Shown piece after piece: positions 11,876 through 24,549 of a DNA stretch of 56,661 nt (the first letter of the stretch is position 1; every line of letters starts with the position of its first letter). The position numbers were made by a program, and so were the translations under genes. The DNA comes from Dirinaria sp. TL-2023a (Eukaryota): assembly GCA_051941275.1 (NCBI GenBank), contig JAVEBF010000013.1:1-56661 (forward strand). Direction: 5' to 3'. The notes beneath the pieces are model-generated. The model saw only the letters and a list, made by a program, of their open reading frames with translations, did no database searches and had not been told where the DNA came from.

Positions 11876-14800
11876 TCAAGAGTCTTTGAATTTCTCCACA
11901 ATCCCATCCAACCAATGTTCAAAAGCTTGAGTATCACTTGGTCGAAACTTTGCCTCAGAAGCAACAATTCTCAAGAACTCATGATCACGGCAGATATCCA
12001 GCACGCCTTCCCTTTCATGCTTCTTCATGCAGCTTTCGCAGAGATCCGTGTCTGGACATGCTTTGCACGCAAAGAAGGGGTCGAACTTATTCTGATATGC
12101 TTCGCATCCATCACAAATCGGTCGGTCAGTTTGGGAATAATCCTGAAATAAAACTCTCTGTTGATAGGCAAGTCTGGCATCATCCTCCATACCAAGCAAG
12201 AGAAAGCAATGACCTAGAACATAGGAACTCGTCAATATCCTCGCATTGTCATCTTTAATCTGAGTAACGCAGTTGAGCAGAGTTCTTGTTAGCACCGCTA
12301 TTTTGGGACTCGAAGAGATGCCCTCGACTCCTTGGCTCGCCGAGTGAGGCACCTTAAGGTGAGGCCGTAATCGTTTCAGCCAGTCTAAGCATGTCATCCC
12401 GTAGCAGTCCATAGCGTTAAGATCAGCTCTGGACCGGATCAGGTACTCCACAACTTCGTCAGTTCCACTCCCAATCGCCTTATGTAACGGACTAATCCCG
12501 TCTTCATCTGAGATGTTAACGTCCGCTTCCCGACTTAAGAGCAGCACTAATGTATTGAGGCTTTTATGGGAAACTGCGATTTGAAGAGCTGTAGACCCTC
12601 TTCTAGTCTGTACATTGATGTCTATTCCATGGTCAAGGAGAAGAGCGACTATCTGGGGACGGTCATCCTGGGCTGCGCTATGAAGATTTGTCCAACCGTG
12701 ATTGTCAGTGGCGAATGCAGCTCCTCGCCCAAGCAGTAATTTCACCTCCTCGATACGTTGTTGTTCGTCTATTCCGTTTTCAGTTGCGATTACAGCATCT
12801 AACGGCGTCCACCCAGCTATATCAGGAGCATTGATATCTGCTCCTAGGTCGAGCAAACGAGTCGTAATATTGAGCTGCGCCAGCTCTGCCGCTAGATGGA
12901 GAGGCGTGAAACCGGTCTTATCAGCTTCAATTGCTGCTCCATGCTCAAGAAGTGACTCAGCTATTTCAAGATGATTCTTTCTTATGGCCAAATTAAGAGG
13001 ATTACTGCCTGCCGAAGTCTGGGCATTTACGTCCGCGTCATGTTGAATTAGACGCTTTACCAGATCAGTGTGTCCATTTTCAACAGCAGAATGGAGAGGC
13101 GTCCACCCAGCTTCGTTGGCTTTGGTTGTTGCACCCTGTTCAAGTAATGACTCAGCTACCGCAAGATGATTGTTTACCATCGCACATTCAAGAGGAGTAC
13201 TGCCAGCGTGACTCTGAGCATTTATATCCGCTCCGTGTTGAATGAGAAGCTTTATCACGTTATTGTGCCCATGGAAAGCTGCACTATGAAGTGGCGACCA
13301 TCCATAATTATCGTTGATTTCGATTGTTGCACCCTGTTCGACCAATAACTCAGCTACTCCAAGGTGATTTCCTCCCACCGCCAAATCAAGAGGTGTGCTG
13401 CCAGCATGATTTGGTGCATTTACATCTGCGCCGTGTTGAATTAGAAGCTTTACTAGATCAATGTGTCCATCGTAAGCCGCAATATGAAATGGCGTCCATC
13501 CATTAAAATCTTCAGCTTTGATTGTTGCATCATGTGCAAGCAGTGATTCAACTACAGCAAGATGATTCTCTGCCACCGCTAAATGAAGAGGAGTAGTGCC
13601 AGCATCACTCTGAGCATTTATATCCGTTCGGTGTTGAATTAAAAGCTTGATCAGATTGTTGTGCCCATTGTGAGCGGCATAATGGAGAGGCGTCCAACCA
13701 TTGCTGTCTCTGAAATTTGCACTGACGCTATTCTCGAGGAAAAAGCCTACTACTTCGGCATGTCCTTTTCCAGCTGCTTCGTGAAGCGGGATTTTGTTAT
13801 GCCTGTCTTGAGCGTCCAGCACTGCCTCATGATCAATAAGCTGCATGACAATATCGAGATAGCCACCCATTGCTGCAAGATGGAGAGGCGTTCCCCAAAT
13901 TCCGTTAGAATTAGCGTCTGCGCCGCGATGAAGGAGCAGTTCTACGATTTCATTAGAATTATTGTCCACTGCAAAATGTAATGCAGTTTCTCCATTATGG
14001 TCTGCTGCATCTGTCTCTGCTCCTTGCTCAAGAAGTATCTTGATAACGTTTAAGTGGCCATTTCTTGTGGCTGCGTGAAGCGGCGTTGAGAAAGACTTGT
14101 CCGCTAAATCTAGATGAAATGGTTCAAACAAACCCAATGTATTAATATCAGCACCTTCATTAAGCAACAACCGTACCATTTCCACGTGTCCTTGACCTGC
14201 TGCCATTCTCATTGCGTTGTCCTTTTCAGGACCCAGCGGGTATGTAGACGCGCCAAGGTCAAAAAGTGCTCTGACCATACTGGTTCGGCCATAATAAGCT
14301 GCAGCGTTGAGTGCATTACCGAATTGACCTCCGTTGATTGTGACATCAGCCTTCCACTTTACGAGGCTCTCAAACGCCTTTGTGCGACCTGCAGCACAGA
14401 CTGCTTGTAGGGGTGTACCGTACCGTCCACCCACAGAATTGATGTTGATACCTTCATTATCATAGAGGAACTCCATGACCGGGACGAATCCGAACAGACA
14501 AGCGTAATAGAATGAAGTAGCAGAGCTCTGATTTTCTGGCAAATCGTCTCTCTCGTACATCGTCTTCCATTTTTGGAACTTATCGTTCCCTTGCCTCATG
14601 AAGTCATTAACAAGGTCACCGACAGCGTTATAATAACTCTCTGATTCTATGAGATGCTCGAACCAGGAGTACACCGCGTAATCAGTGAACGGCCGGTAAT
14701 CTCCTTCGCTTACGCTCCAGGCCTCTGGGCAGTCAAGAAATCGGATGCATTGTGCTGCTAATTTGGCGTCATGCGCAGCGCTCGGTGGAGTTTTATCAGA

Positions 14801-16717
14801 AATTGATCCAACGAATGGAGGCGCAGGTAGCCTTTCGACAAGAAACTCACGCACAGAAGCGTGAACAAGGCGTACAGTACTAAACCGCGGACCAGGCCGC
14901 ACAGCATTATCTCGAAGCTCGATAAGTGATCCACAGAGGTTCTTGATCTCGCCATCGATGTATTCGTCGTCGATATTTGCCGGGATATCGTCTTCGGAGA
15001 AGGCCACCATGTCACCATCAACATTGATAACCACTGCCTCGGCTAGTTCCTGAACGGTCAAAGGATCATATGCGAAGGTCAGCCACCTTAAGATGTCGAT
15101 CGCGCGACCACGGTCCGGCTCTTCAAGAGCTTGGATATCGTTCCAACTGCGCTCATAGACGGAATGGAGACGCTCAGGCATTGCTTGAACTATGTCTCGA
15201 AGTGCTTTTGCACTTTTGCTGTCCCGTAATCGATCTTTTTGTAACTTCAGCCATAAAAATTGGCCGTCGCATCTCTCCGCCATTCTTGTGGCAAGTTCTT
15301 GACGCAGGGAATATTCCTGTTTTGGTAGTTTCTCATCGACAATGTATCGGGAAAACAAGTCTATGTCGTCTTTTACATCGTCCCTCGTGATTTTACATTC
15401 TAAAATCTTGTAATTTGGTAGCTCTGCAGCTGAAGGACGCAGTTGTGACTCTATATCAAACTCATTGCGGCTCGTTATTAGGACGCGGAAATTTGTTGCT
15501 TGAACAGCTTTCTTTATGTCAGCGAGAAATTCCCTCCTCCTGTCATCAATGCTTTGGAACTCATCAAGCCCATCTAAAACCAACACACCTGACTGAATCT
15601 CGGTTACAATATCTTTCAACAATGTCCATACATCGTCTCTTGAGGCTCTGCGAGTGTTCTGCTTCAGGCGCATTCGATTGGCCAAGTCGAGGATTGTGTT
15701 GTCTTTCCAAATGAGTTGCGTGATCCAAGTTCGCACAATCCCGTCCAGTTCATGAACGCTTTTCGCGTGATTTGCCGAGAAGCAATAAGCAAGAGGAACA
15801 CCTGACGTTTCTCTGAAATGCTGAATCAGCGATGCGGTAAGGACCGTCTTGCCAAAACCAGCACCTCCATGAATCCACAGCAGCTTTGCAATACCATCGT
15901 CAGAGTCCTGAAATTCCCAACTGATATAACTCGGATGGCTGCGAATCCACGCACATGTCTCATTCAAGAGTGCATTGACAAGTCTTTCGTATGGATCGTC
16001 ATCTTTTATGGCATCGAGCCAAGCATCACTGTCATGGCGCTTTTGTTGGGCAGCGACGTCCAATAATCTCTCCCATCCGTTGTCGTAATCAGTGAGAAGG
16101 TCCAACTTCTCATTCAGACGAGATGCTAAGAATAGTCAATATGATGCCACAAACGAAGGCTATAACACGGGGAATATACATTTAACCTTAGATGCTCCTT
16201 CAATTTCACGCGGAGGCACAACATCGCTGAGAATGTTTACTAGCTCTTCAAAACTATACACATCCTTACTCAATTTTGCTTTTCCTCCTGTGGCCCAAGC
16301 TATCCGGCTTTTTGTGGAAGAGTTCTGGCGTCGATCAACTTCATTTTTAATATCGTCGGATGGTAAGGACCACCCACCAGTCCCGGCTGAATGCTGGCGT
16401 AAGGGGAGCCTGAGAGATGCGCTCCTGGCCTCTACCTTGTCGAAGGCCGTAGTTGACCAGCGGAGAACGTTCTGGATGACCGAAGCCGTTTGGGGGTCAT
16501 CAAGGCGAGGGTCGTGAGAATCAATCAGTTTCCCATCTTGTATTCCAAGGGCCTTGGCCCAATTCTGCAGTTTCAGCTTTGATGCGTCAAAGCGTAGTAA
16601 GGTTGTTTGAGACTCAACGCCGAACTCCCTATAATCACGGACACGGCTCGAAACTTCAATGAAAGTGTTATATAGAGAAAGAATGCCGACTGCCAAGCCC
16701 ACAGGCTCCATCGTCAT
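11876..16717 (-). CDS. Fungal NLR-like STAND protein: HeLo-like - NACHT - winged helix - ankyrin repeats - ZZ-type zinc finger (1595 aa, 2 exons)
   Basis: Exon 1 16717-16180 (MEPVGLAVGILSLYNTF...KLQNWAKALGI...HDPRLDD...RIAWATGGKAKL, HeLo-like). A 54-nt intron 16179-16126 (GTATAT...TTGAC...TAG) joins it in frame to exon 2 16125-11876: WIHGGAGFGKT, LVLDGLDE, GQFLWLKL, VRLVHASVREFL, ~20 TPLH-type ankyrin repeats, CDGC..FACKACPDTDLCESC..HEFL. Confidence 0.9.
12914..13699 (-). repeat. Four tandem copies of a 195-198-nt two-ankyrin module inside the NLR gene
   Basis: Units of 66/66/65/65 aa (GW[TS]P.H.A...GH...K.LIQH..D[IV]NA...AG..PL..A...NHL.[VI][AV]E.L....A.). DNA similarity is visible, e.g. 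CTGAGCATTTATATCCG at ~13214 and ~13610. Confidence 0.85.
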
Positions 16718-17873
16718 TGATCAGATAATTTGTGAGTGTTAGAGCTCGTTGCGCATGCCATTATATATACACGATCTTCTCAGAGATTACCAAAGTCAGT
16801 GGGAAAATCGTCGGCCGTTTACATCGTCAGCGGTAGGCGTCGAGAATATTTGACAGATTATGGGTATCAACAAGGTTTTGACTGCAGCCCCTTTGAGTCT
16901 AGCAGATTGGATGATGAGACGTGAGCAAGCGGCAAGGAGCCCGAAATTCACGGGAGAAGTTGAGCTCCACTTGTCAAAACATGTATTCAGCGTTCCATTG
17001 CCAGATATATATAGTACAGAGCAAGTGTGATCGATCTATCAAAAATTGCAGGACGGGGTAGTCAAATGCAAAAAACCTGGTACCATCAGCAGAGCCTTAC
17101 ACCAGCTTAAGTACATATATCTTGGCGTAAGATGATACCTTACCTTAGATCAGCGGGCACAAACGGCGCTCCAAGTATTGACAATAATTTTGAGATCCAG
17201 GGCACTGCCAGGTACTCGCTTTACATGTATGTACTAATGAATCGGCGAGAGACTACCTGGACCGCATACCTTGCTCGGTTGATATTTTGTTCAATTGGTC
17301 GTCGCTGGTGCGGCCTGAAGCGTGTGGTTTTGTGCTAATCAATGTAATTGCTATACCTTACTATCATAGCCCAGGTTTCGGCATCCTACGTAGACAAGTG
17401 TGAGAATAAGCGAAGTAGATCTATCTCGTAGCTGGTGATTGTTAGTTGTTACTAGGTTTTTACAACGAACTTTCCATCACTGTTGACCAAGCCTTGAACA
17501 CCATTGTATCGGAGCATTCGAAAAAAGTACTTTTCCCATTCCTCAGGGAGGGAGAGCTCATCCAAGACCATGCTTCCTTGCAGTCTTGCACGATCGCAGA
17601 AGACGACAAGTCAAGTACAAAGTCTCGCTCGAGGAATAATGACATTTTTTGAGCACCATTTCCAACATAGTTTCGCCTTTAGTCATAGCACGTATTAATC
17701 AACTCTTGAACTGCTCCACACACACGTCTTCACCAGCAAAGCAAATGGCAAATGAGTCCTGATGAGATGCGTAGGGCGCGCTCACGGTCCTCCACTTGTT
17801 CCGGCCGCAGCAGCTATCTAGGCTAGCTTCTTTGCCTCACAGCCCATCCTCCGATTATAATTGGCGATCATCA

Positions 17874-20091
17874 TCACCGTCGGGACCGCATTGCAGAGGT
17901 GGCATCTAGAGCTTGTTGGAATATCGCGCTCAACTCCGCCTCGTCCTCAAGGCCTACGCTGATCCTGACTAGATCGGCTTCGGCTCCGAATTGCGCGGCC
18001 TATACCGTTAGCACTAAGCACCTGGGTAGACCTGGGGCACTCACCCAATCCAGCTCTCCGTAATGGGCCAACAGTACGAAGGGGCAACTTCACCCTTTCA
18101 GTAGGCATGTCAACATGGCAGTGATAAGACATTACCTTAGAGTGAAATTTGTCCCAAGACTCGGACCCTTTGCCGTCTCTAGGGCATCAAAGAATGTAAC
18201 AGCGTCTGGTGTCGAATTGAATGTCACTGAGAGTAAACCGCCGTACCCTCCGTTTGGTGTACGACACTGGTCATAGAAACGACGCGTGGGGCTGTATTTC
18301 GGATAGAATACTTGCTTGACTGCAACGTCTATCAGCTGGTGACGTTATCCGATAGCAGATCCCTTACCTATCGGAGAAGCTCTCAGTGTTCGACAAATCG
18401 ATTCTGCGTTCCTATTGATCCTGTGAATTCTCGACACGAAATCGCGGCTGTTTCTTTCCATGAATATTGCATCCTCAAGCCAGTAATTGTCCTCATACTC
18501 GTCTTTGAACGCGTGCTTGATCTCGCTATAAAAGCGGCTCCTCGGGTTGAGTACAGCACTGTCTGGCATTTAGCAGCAACGTTGGATGCCTTCGAGCCGA
18601 GTTACAGACCTGCCACCCATCACATTGCTGTCTCCACTAAAAACCTTGGTAAGACTGCTGACAACAACGTCGCCATAAGGAAGCACATGCACGTTGAGGA
18701 AATTGCCTATGGTTTCATCAATTACGATCGCGAAACCGTACCTATCAGCCAGTGACCGGAGCCGACCGATGTCGGGCGATTTCAAAAGGGGATTGCCAGG
18801 GAATTCGCAAAACAGAGCAAGGAAAGTCTCTCCATTTTGGCAGCGCCTCTCAATATCGTCGATGTCGTCGGATGAGCCATGACCGTAGAACGTACAGCCT
18901 GGACCCCACTTTTCAAGTATCTTGAGGGTGTCAATGTATGGAAAACTGATATTGTCAGCCGAGCCAGCTTTGAGGGATGATTGATACGAGTCTATATACC
19001 CAAAACAGATACTTTTCTTGGACCCCTTGCATTTAAGCATAGTCCTATGCGTGTTGAATATAGAGCTCATGCCACTAGGATACAGATAGACATCGTCCAC
19101 TGAAAGCCCTTGAACCCCTCTGATGCCTCTTCCGTCAATTTTGATTTTCTCTATCTCCACCGCTTCGTCAAGATCCATGTCGGCAGTCAATGCACCGGCT
19201 ATCCGCCTTCGTATCGCTAATTTTGCGCTAGCTGCAAGTTTTACATCCATATTTCTACCAAATCGCTCCTCGACATATTGCGAATAATCTTTCGCTTCCG
19301 AGCTTTTAGCATTGTTGCCCATCCGGTGTGACTCCGTCCCGAGAGCCGATGTGTTTTTGACGGACTGCTTTCTATACCTTTGAGGTCCTTTGCAAAGCTG
19401 TTCATCGTCCTTTGATGGGCCAGCAAGCGGAGTTAAGCATGAGACAAGCTGCCCAGCATCAAAAGCCTTGTGGCACACGTCGGCTCGCCGGCTCGATATA
19501 CCGTCACCCGTATGCTGCCAGAACGTTTTGGCAATTCGAAAGTGGTCGCGAGGGAACAGAACGGCGACAACTACTGGCCGTGTATTGCGCTCGCCCTTCT
19601 TCTCGAAATTTCCAAAGCTATCTTGCCGGGGGTAGAAGCTGACTGCTTTCAAGGCTGTGCCTTCTCGCAGCGCAGGTACCTGGTGCTTGAAGAAATCGAC
19701 GCACCGTGCCGCTGTAGCGTCAGAAGGCAAGAGCAGGGCCTGCTGTGTCGGCGAGCCATGCTTGTGGATGATGGCCTGGGCAAACTTCGTGATAGTCGGA
19801 TCGAGGAAAAATCTCAAGTAGTGCAGATTCAGCATGTGCCGAGAGTCACAATCCCAACGAAGCCACCGACCTTGGATAGCCATTTTTCATCTTGCTGAGT
19901 ACCCATTGCTCGCCTTCCTCGTAGCCTACGCAGGACTCCCATGTTGGCAAGGATACACTGACAGCCTGGACTTATAGAGTCAAAATAGGGATCGGGTTTC
20001 CACACATCGAAAGACTTACATGTTGTGTGTCTGGAGGCAGGGAGACGCCAACATCTTGCGTCAGACTCGGTACAGTCATTGCGGTTGCCAT
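17874..20091 (-). CDS. STR2: Cystathionine gamma-synthase (PLP-dependent; Str2/Met-7 type)
   Basis: [82 protein letters not shown] lysine motif [28 protein letters not shown]. Stop at 17874. Confidence 0.92.
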
Positions 20092-20771
20092 GCCTTAAAT
20101 GATGATGAGTCTTGGGATTCAGATTTGCAGAGGTGCCATAAAAGTGACTCTGGGTAAGATGAAATGCAGTTATGTTTGGTCTGAGGGGGGTGAGAATGGG
20201 AAGATGAAGTTCAACACAAATGAAAGGCAGCTAGAAGATTTTGCGGGTGCTTGAAAAGGTATCTTACTTTCACTTCTGATTCGTACCGAAAACTTGGGCC
20301 AACGGGGATTGTAGTTGGGACTAGAGAGATTACCCGCGATTGTCTAGGCACTGTCCGAGTGTACTTGCACCTACGGTATGTTGGCTAGGCGGCCGGCCCT
20401 GGTGACTTGGTCACTTGGCGTGCCACAAAACAGCCCAAAGAACCTTACCTAAGGGACCCCACTACGACTATGGTACAGTAAGGTACCTCGTACCCGTACG
20501 AGTACCTTACCTGCCCTCGCCATCGAAAGACAGTCGAGAGGAAACGAGAAAATCTTTTACGCTAATTGCGTACGAGTACCATCAGGACCAAAGGGTTACG
20601 GATCCTTGTTCATAGAGACACAAATTTGACACTGCGATGTCCAGACAAACAGTGTCGCAGTGATCACGGTAATGTAGGTTTGGCACCACACGTACTGAAA
20701 AAGCGGCCACTCCATCCTATTCTTTCTGGCGGAAGAGTAAGTACCTTGAGCTTGGAAAGTTGCATCCTTCG

Positions 20772-23700
20772 ATGATAGCCCCCAGCAACTCGGACGACTT
20801 TGTGGAACGCACTTCATCAAGTCAGATGGTAGGAGCAATGCCTCGGGTAAACGATGCCATGTTCAATAAGGATCAAGCAACTCGCATGCTACCAACGTCC
20901 AGGAATGGGCCGCACAGCTCAAGTCTATTGAAACTTCAGGCTGACGAGCTTCTGGAGACGCTTCGCCATGAGTACGACCAAAAAGCCCAAAGCGTTGAGA
21001 ATACGCTGCGGAGGTTAAAAGCCATCATTGAGAGCATTGAGGGCCACGAGCAATTACCTGTAAGACCGATTCTAGACGCATTCCGGAAGGGCCCGTATTC
21101 ATATGACTAGGTACTGGACGCAGAAAGTAGGCTGCACAATATCTCTGGCACTCGAATACCGTTTCCAGGACCCAGACCGGGCAAGGAGACCAAGTATCTT
21201 CTAGCATATGCGAAACCCGCCAATATCAACGTTGTGGGAAGCTATGCACGCAAGACTGCCATTCGAGTAGACGATCGTTTAACCATCGATATGGCGGTGA
21301 CTATGCCCTCGGTGAGCCTGTTCTAGATCATCATAAAGCGCCACTGACCAGTTAATTAGACATTGTTTCAAGATAAAGACTATCTCAATTATCGTTACTT
21401 TCATAAAAGAGCGTACTATTTGGCCTATCTGGCTTCTGGAATCAAAAATACCCATGAGCTCGCCTACTCCACCAATTATGCATTTCAAAATGACAATCCT
21501 TTACAGCCTGTCGTTCTTGTCGAACCATTTTCTGGTAGTGTGTCCATCGCCATGACTTTTCTCACTGCAGGCTGATGTTGCTTAGATCATGGAGATGCTC
21601 AACCGAATAAATCCAAGTACCAGATTCGAATTATCATTGCCGCCAGTGGTGACTTATTTCCCCTCACCAGAACATTGCCTGGTAAGAACTGCATTCGGTT
21701 TCAGAAAGTGGCATCGGCTATAGATAAGGCTGACTCCACAACTCCTACGCCACTCTACAACGCAACCTTGAGGTCTGAGTGCTGTACTTTATCATCTCTG
21801 AAATTAGTTCACGCGGCATCGACCCAGAGCGAGGCTTTTGGGGATGCCTGCCTTTTGGGAAGCGTGTGGCTTCGCCAGCGTGGAATGGGCACAGGTCTCA
21901 GTGTTGGAGGCTTCGGTCCCTTTGAGTGGGCATATCTCCTAGCAGTATTACTTCAAGGAGGAGGCCTAAACGGCAAGCCCGCTCTGTCGAGAGGTTACAG
22001 TAGCCTACAACTTTTCAAAGCCACCCTCCAATTCCTTTCCGCGAGAGATCTTGTAGCCAATCCGCTAGTGATGCAAGTGAGCAATACGGAAGTGGCTGGC
22101 AATGACTCTGGACCTACTGTGTTCGATGGTTTACATGGAATCAACGTACTCTTTAAAATGACAATCTCGTCCTATAACAAGGTGGGCTGGCATCGCTCCA
22201 TTAGACCACAGCAAAATTGACGTACCAAGTTACGCCATGAAGCCAACATAACTTTGCAAGCATTGCGAGCACCTCTGATGGACCAATTCGAGTCGACTTT
22301 CGTGACGAGAACCGATTTCCTACACCAACAATTCGATATGATTTTGCGGTAAAGTCAGCTATATATCACTCCAGCGCTCGAGCTGATTTTCACAGACTAC
22401 GCATTTCCCGAACTTGGACTTCACAGAATAGTGTAAATGTTTTTAGTCAAGACCAGCGATTTCGTGAACAAGTATATGGTCTGCTCAAACAGGGTCTCGG
22501 CGATCGTATCTATCTAGCCTATCCGTGGACTACCAAGCGACACGTCTGGTCTACTGATTTAAGTACGCACCAGAATCCAGAAGATCGCAATATTCTCGTG
22601 GGCCTGTTGTTCAGGCCGGACCAAGCATTTCGTGCAGTAGATCATGGACCAGCCACTGAAGACAAGGAGAAAGCGGCTGCTTACCGCCAATTCTGGGGTG
22701 AGAAGGCGGAGTTGCGTCGCTTCCGAAATGGAAGCATGTTGGAGACTCTAATTTGGACCAGAGATTCAGAGCTGAGCATCATTGAGCAGATCCTAAGATA
22801 CATCATCAGTCGTCATCTAGGGCAGGAGTTTCTTGACGGTCTTGAGATCTTTGGTGACATGTTTGGCCATTTTCTGTCTGATCCTGGACCGCTGAATCCT
22901 GCGCCACCGATCACGACGGCCCTCGAGAATATGGAAAAAGAAATCCGAAATACGGATGGTCTACCACTGCAAGTTCGCCAGGTCTCCGCTACGGGTGCGG
23001 AATTGCGGTACGCAGCTGTAAAGCGCGGGCCCAATTCCCAGCCATTGGCACGACGGCAAAGCGAGCCACCAGCAGACGTGTGTGTCCAATTTGAGGACTC
23101 TGCCCGATGGCCCAATGATATTGCAGCAGTACAAAGGACGAAGATAGCCTTTCTTATGAAGATGGGCGAGCTTCTTGAACAAAACACGAGGGATCTGACA
23201 GCGCGTGTAGGCTTGGAGAACCAATCGCACGAATTGCTCAATAACGCTTTCTTGGATGTTGTGTATCCGCATGACTCGGCCTTTCGTGTACGGATCCATC
23301 ATGAGCGTGAGCTAAGTATGCTAGAGAGCGCACTCAAAGACAAAACCGCGGAAATGGGGCCGCGTGAAGAGATCATGCTTGCAACCGCTGCATACAAGAG
23401 GACATTCGTCCAGGCACAGCTTCATACCCAAGCCGTACGTACACTCTGTACTCGCCATCCTTTGCTGTCGCCCTCAATGCGCCTTATGAAAAGATGGCGC
23501 GACAGCCATCTCCTTTCAGGCCACATTAGCGACGAGCTAATCGAGCTCGTGACGATCCGTACATTTATACTTCCGTACCCTTATCAAGCTCCAGGCAGCC
23601 TGAGCACTGCTTTCTTTCGAACTCTGGCTTTTATCTCCAAATGGGATTGGCGGCACGAGCCGCTGATCGTAGATTTCAACGACTCGATGACCAGTCAAGC

Positions 23701-24325
23701 TATCGACGCGATCAGGTTACGCTTTGAGGCTTGGAGAAAGATCGACCCGGCCATGAACCGCGTCATTATGTTAGCAGCCTCCAACCATGACCCAGACGGC
23801 ATCACTTGGACCGTGCACAACCCGTCGAAGGTCGTCGCAGCGCGCTTTACAGAGCTAGCCAGAGCAGCGACCGACTTGGCCAATGAACAAGGCTTGCAAA
23901 CCCAACCAGATATTCTTTTCACACCATCGACAGCCGAGTATGACTTTGTGATCCACCTACACCCCAAATTCAGCGCTAGGAGTTTGGATGCCGATCAAAA
24001 AAAGCCTGCATTCAAAAATCTTCAAATGCAAGGCATCGAGGACGTGTCGCTCGTCGGGTACAGCCCTATGAAATTATACGTAGAGGAGCTGAGAAGCAGG
24101 TATGGAAACGACGTGCTTTTCTTTTCCGACGAGACGGAGGGGTCGGTGATTGCTGGGTTGTGGAATCCCCAGACACGTCGGCGGCCATGGAAGGTTAATA
24201 TACCCTACTCTACTATGCCAATGATGGAAGACGGAGAGGAGAATATAACGATCAACAAGCCTGCAACGCTTCATGATATCGCCAAATTGGGAGGCGATCT
24301 TGTAACTAGAATAGAGATGAGATAG
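20772..24325 (+). CDS. UTP22: U3 snoRNA-associated protein 22 / Nrap family (multi-exon; start codon uncertain)
   Basis: SSLLKLQADELL, INVVGSY, FQDKDYLNYRYFHKRAYYLAYLA, TPLYNATL, WLRQRG...GGFGPFEW, VDHGP...QFWGEKAELRRFRNG, QFEDSARWP, WDWRHEPLIVD, IAGLWNP. Confidence 0.93.
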
Positions 24326-24549
24326 CTGCATAACTTGGTTACATAATTTACATGCTATACTATTAAACCTCTCAGTGTCGGGAGGAGCGGATCAGTCGCA
24401 TTACGGTATAATTGTTCCTTTCCCCTACTCGCTTGCCTGGTTAGCCCAACGCCGATGGTATCTACGTATTGACGAAAATCCCGCCCTCGCTATGCGCAAA
24501 ATGAACCACAGAGAATCCGAAAGCTGCCAAACGACTCTGCTTGGTTGCA

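Noticed and set aside
17452..17571. 39-codon minus-strand ORF (MVLDELSLPEEWEKYF...YNGVQGLVNSDGKFVVKT) upstream of the NLR as a possible amyloid-signalling partner
   Set aside because: Too short, no effector domain, and only vague resemblance to N/G/Q amyloid motifs. The NLR already has its own N-terminal effector.
18133..18139. TACCTTA copy inside STR2
   Set aside because: It is simply a minus-strand splice donor (AG|GTAAT), so it was not counted with the intergenic motif.
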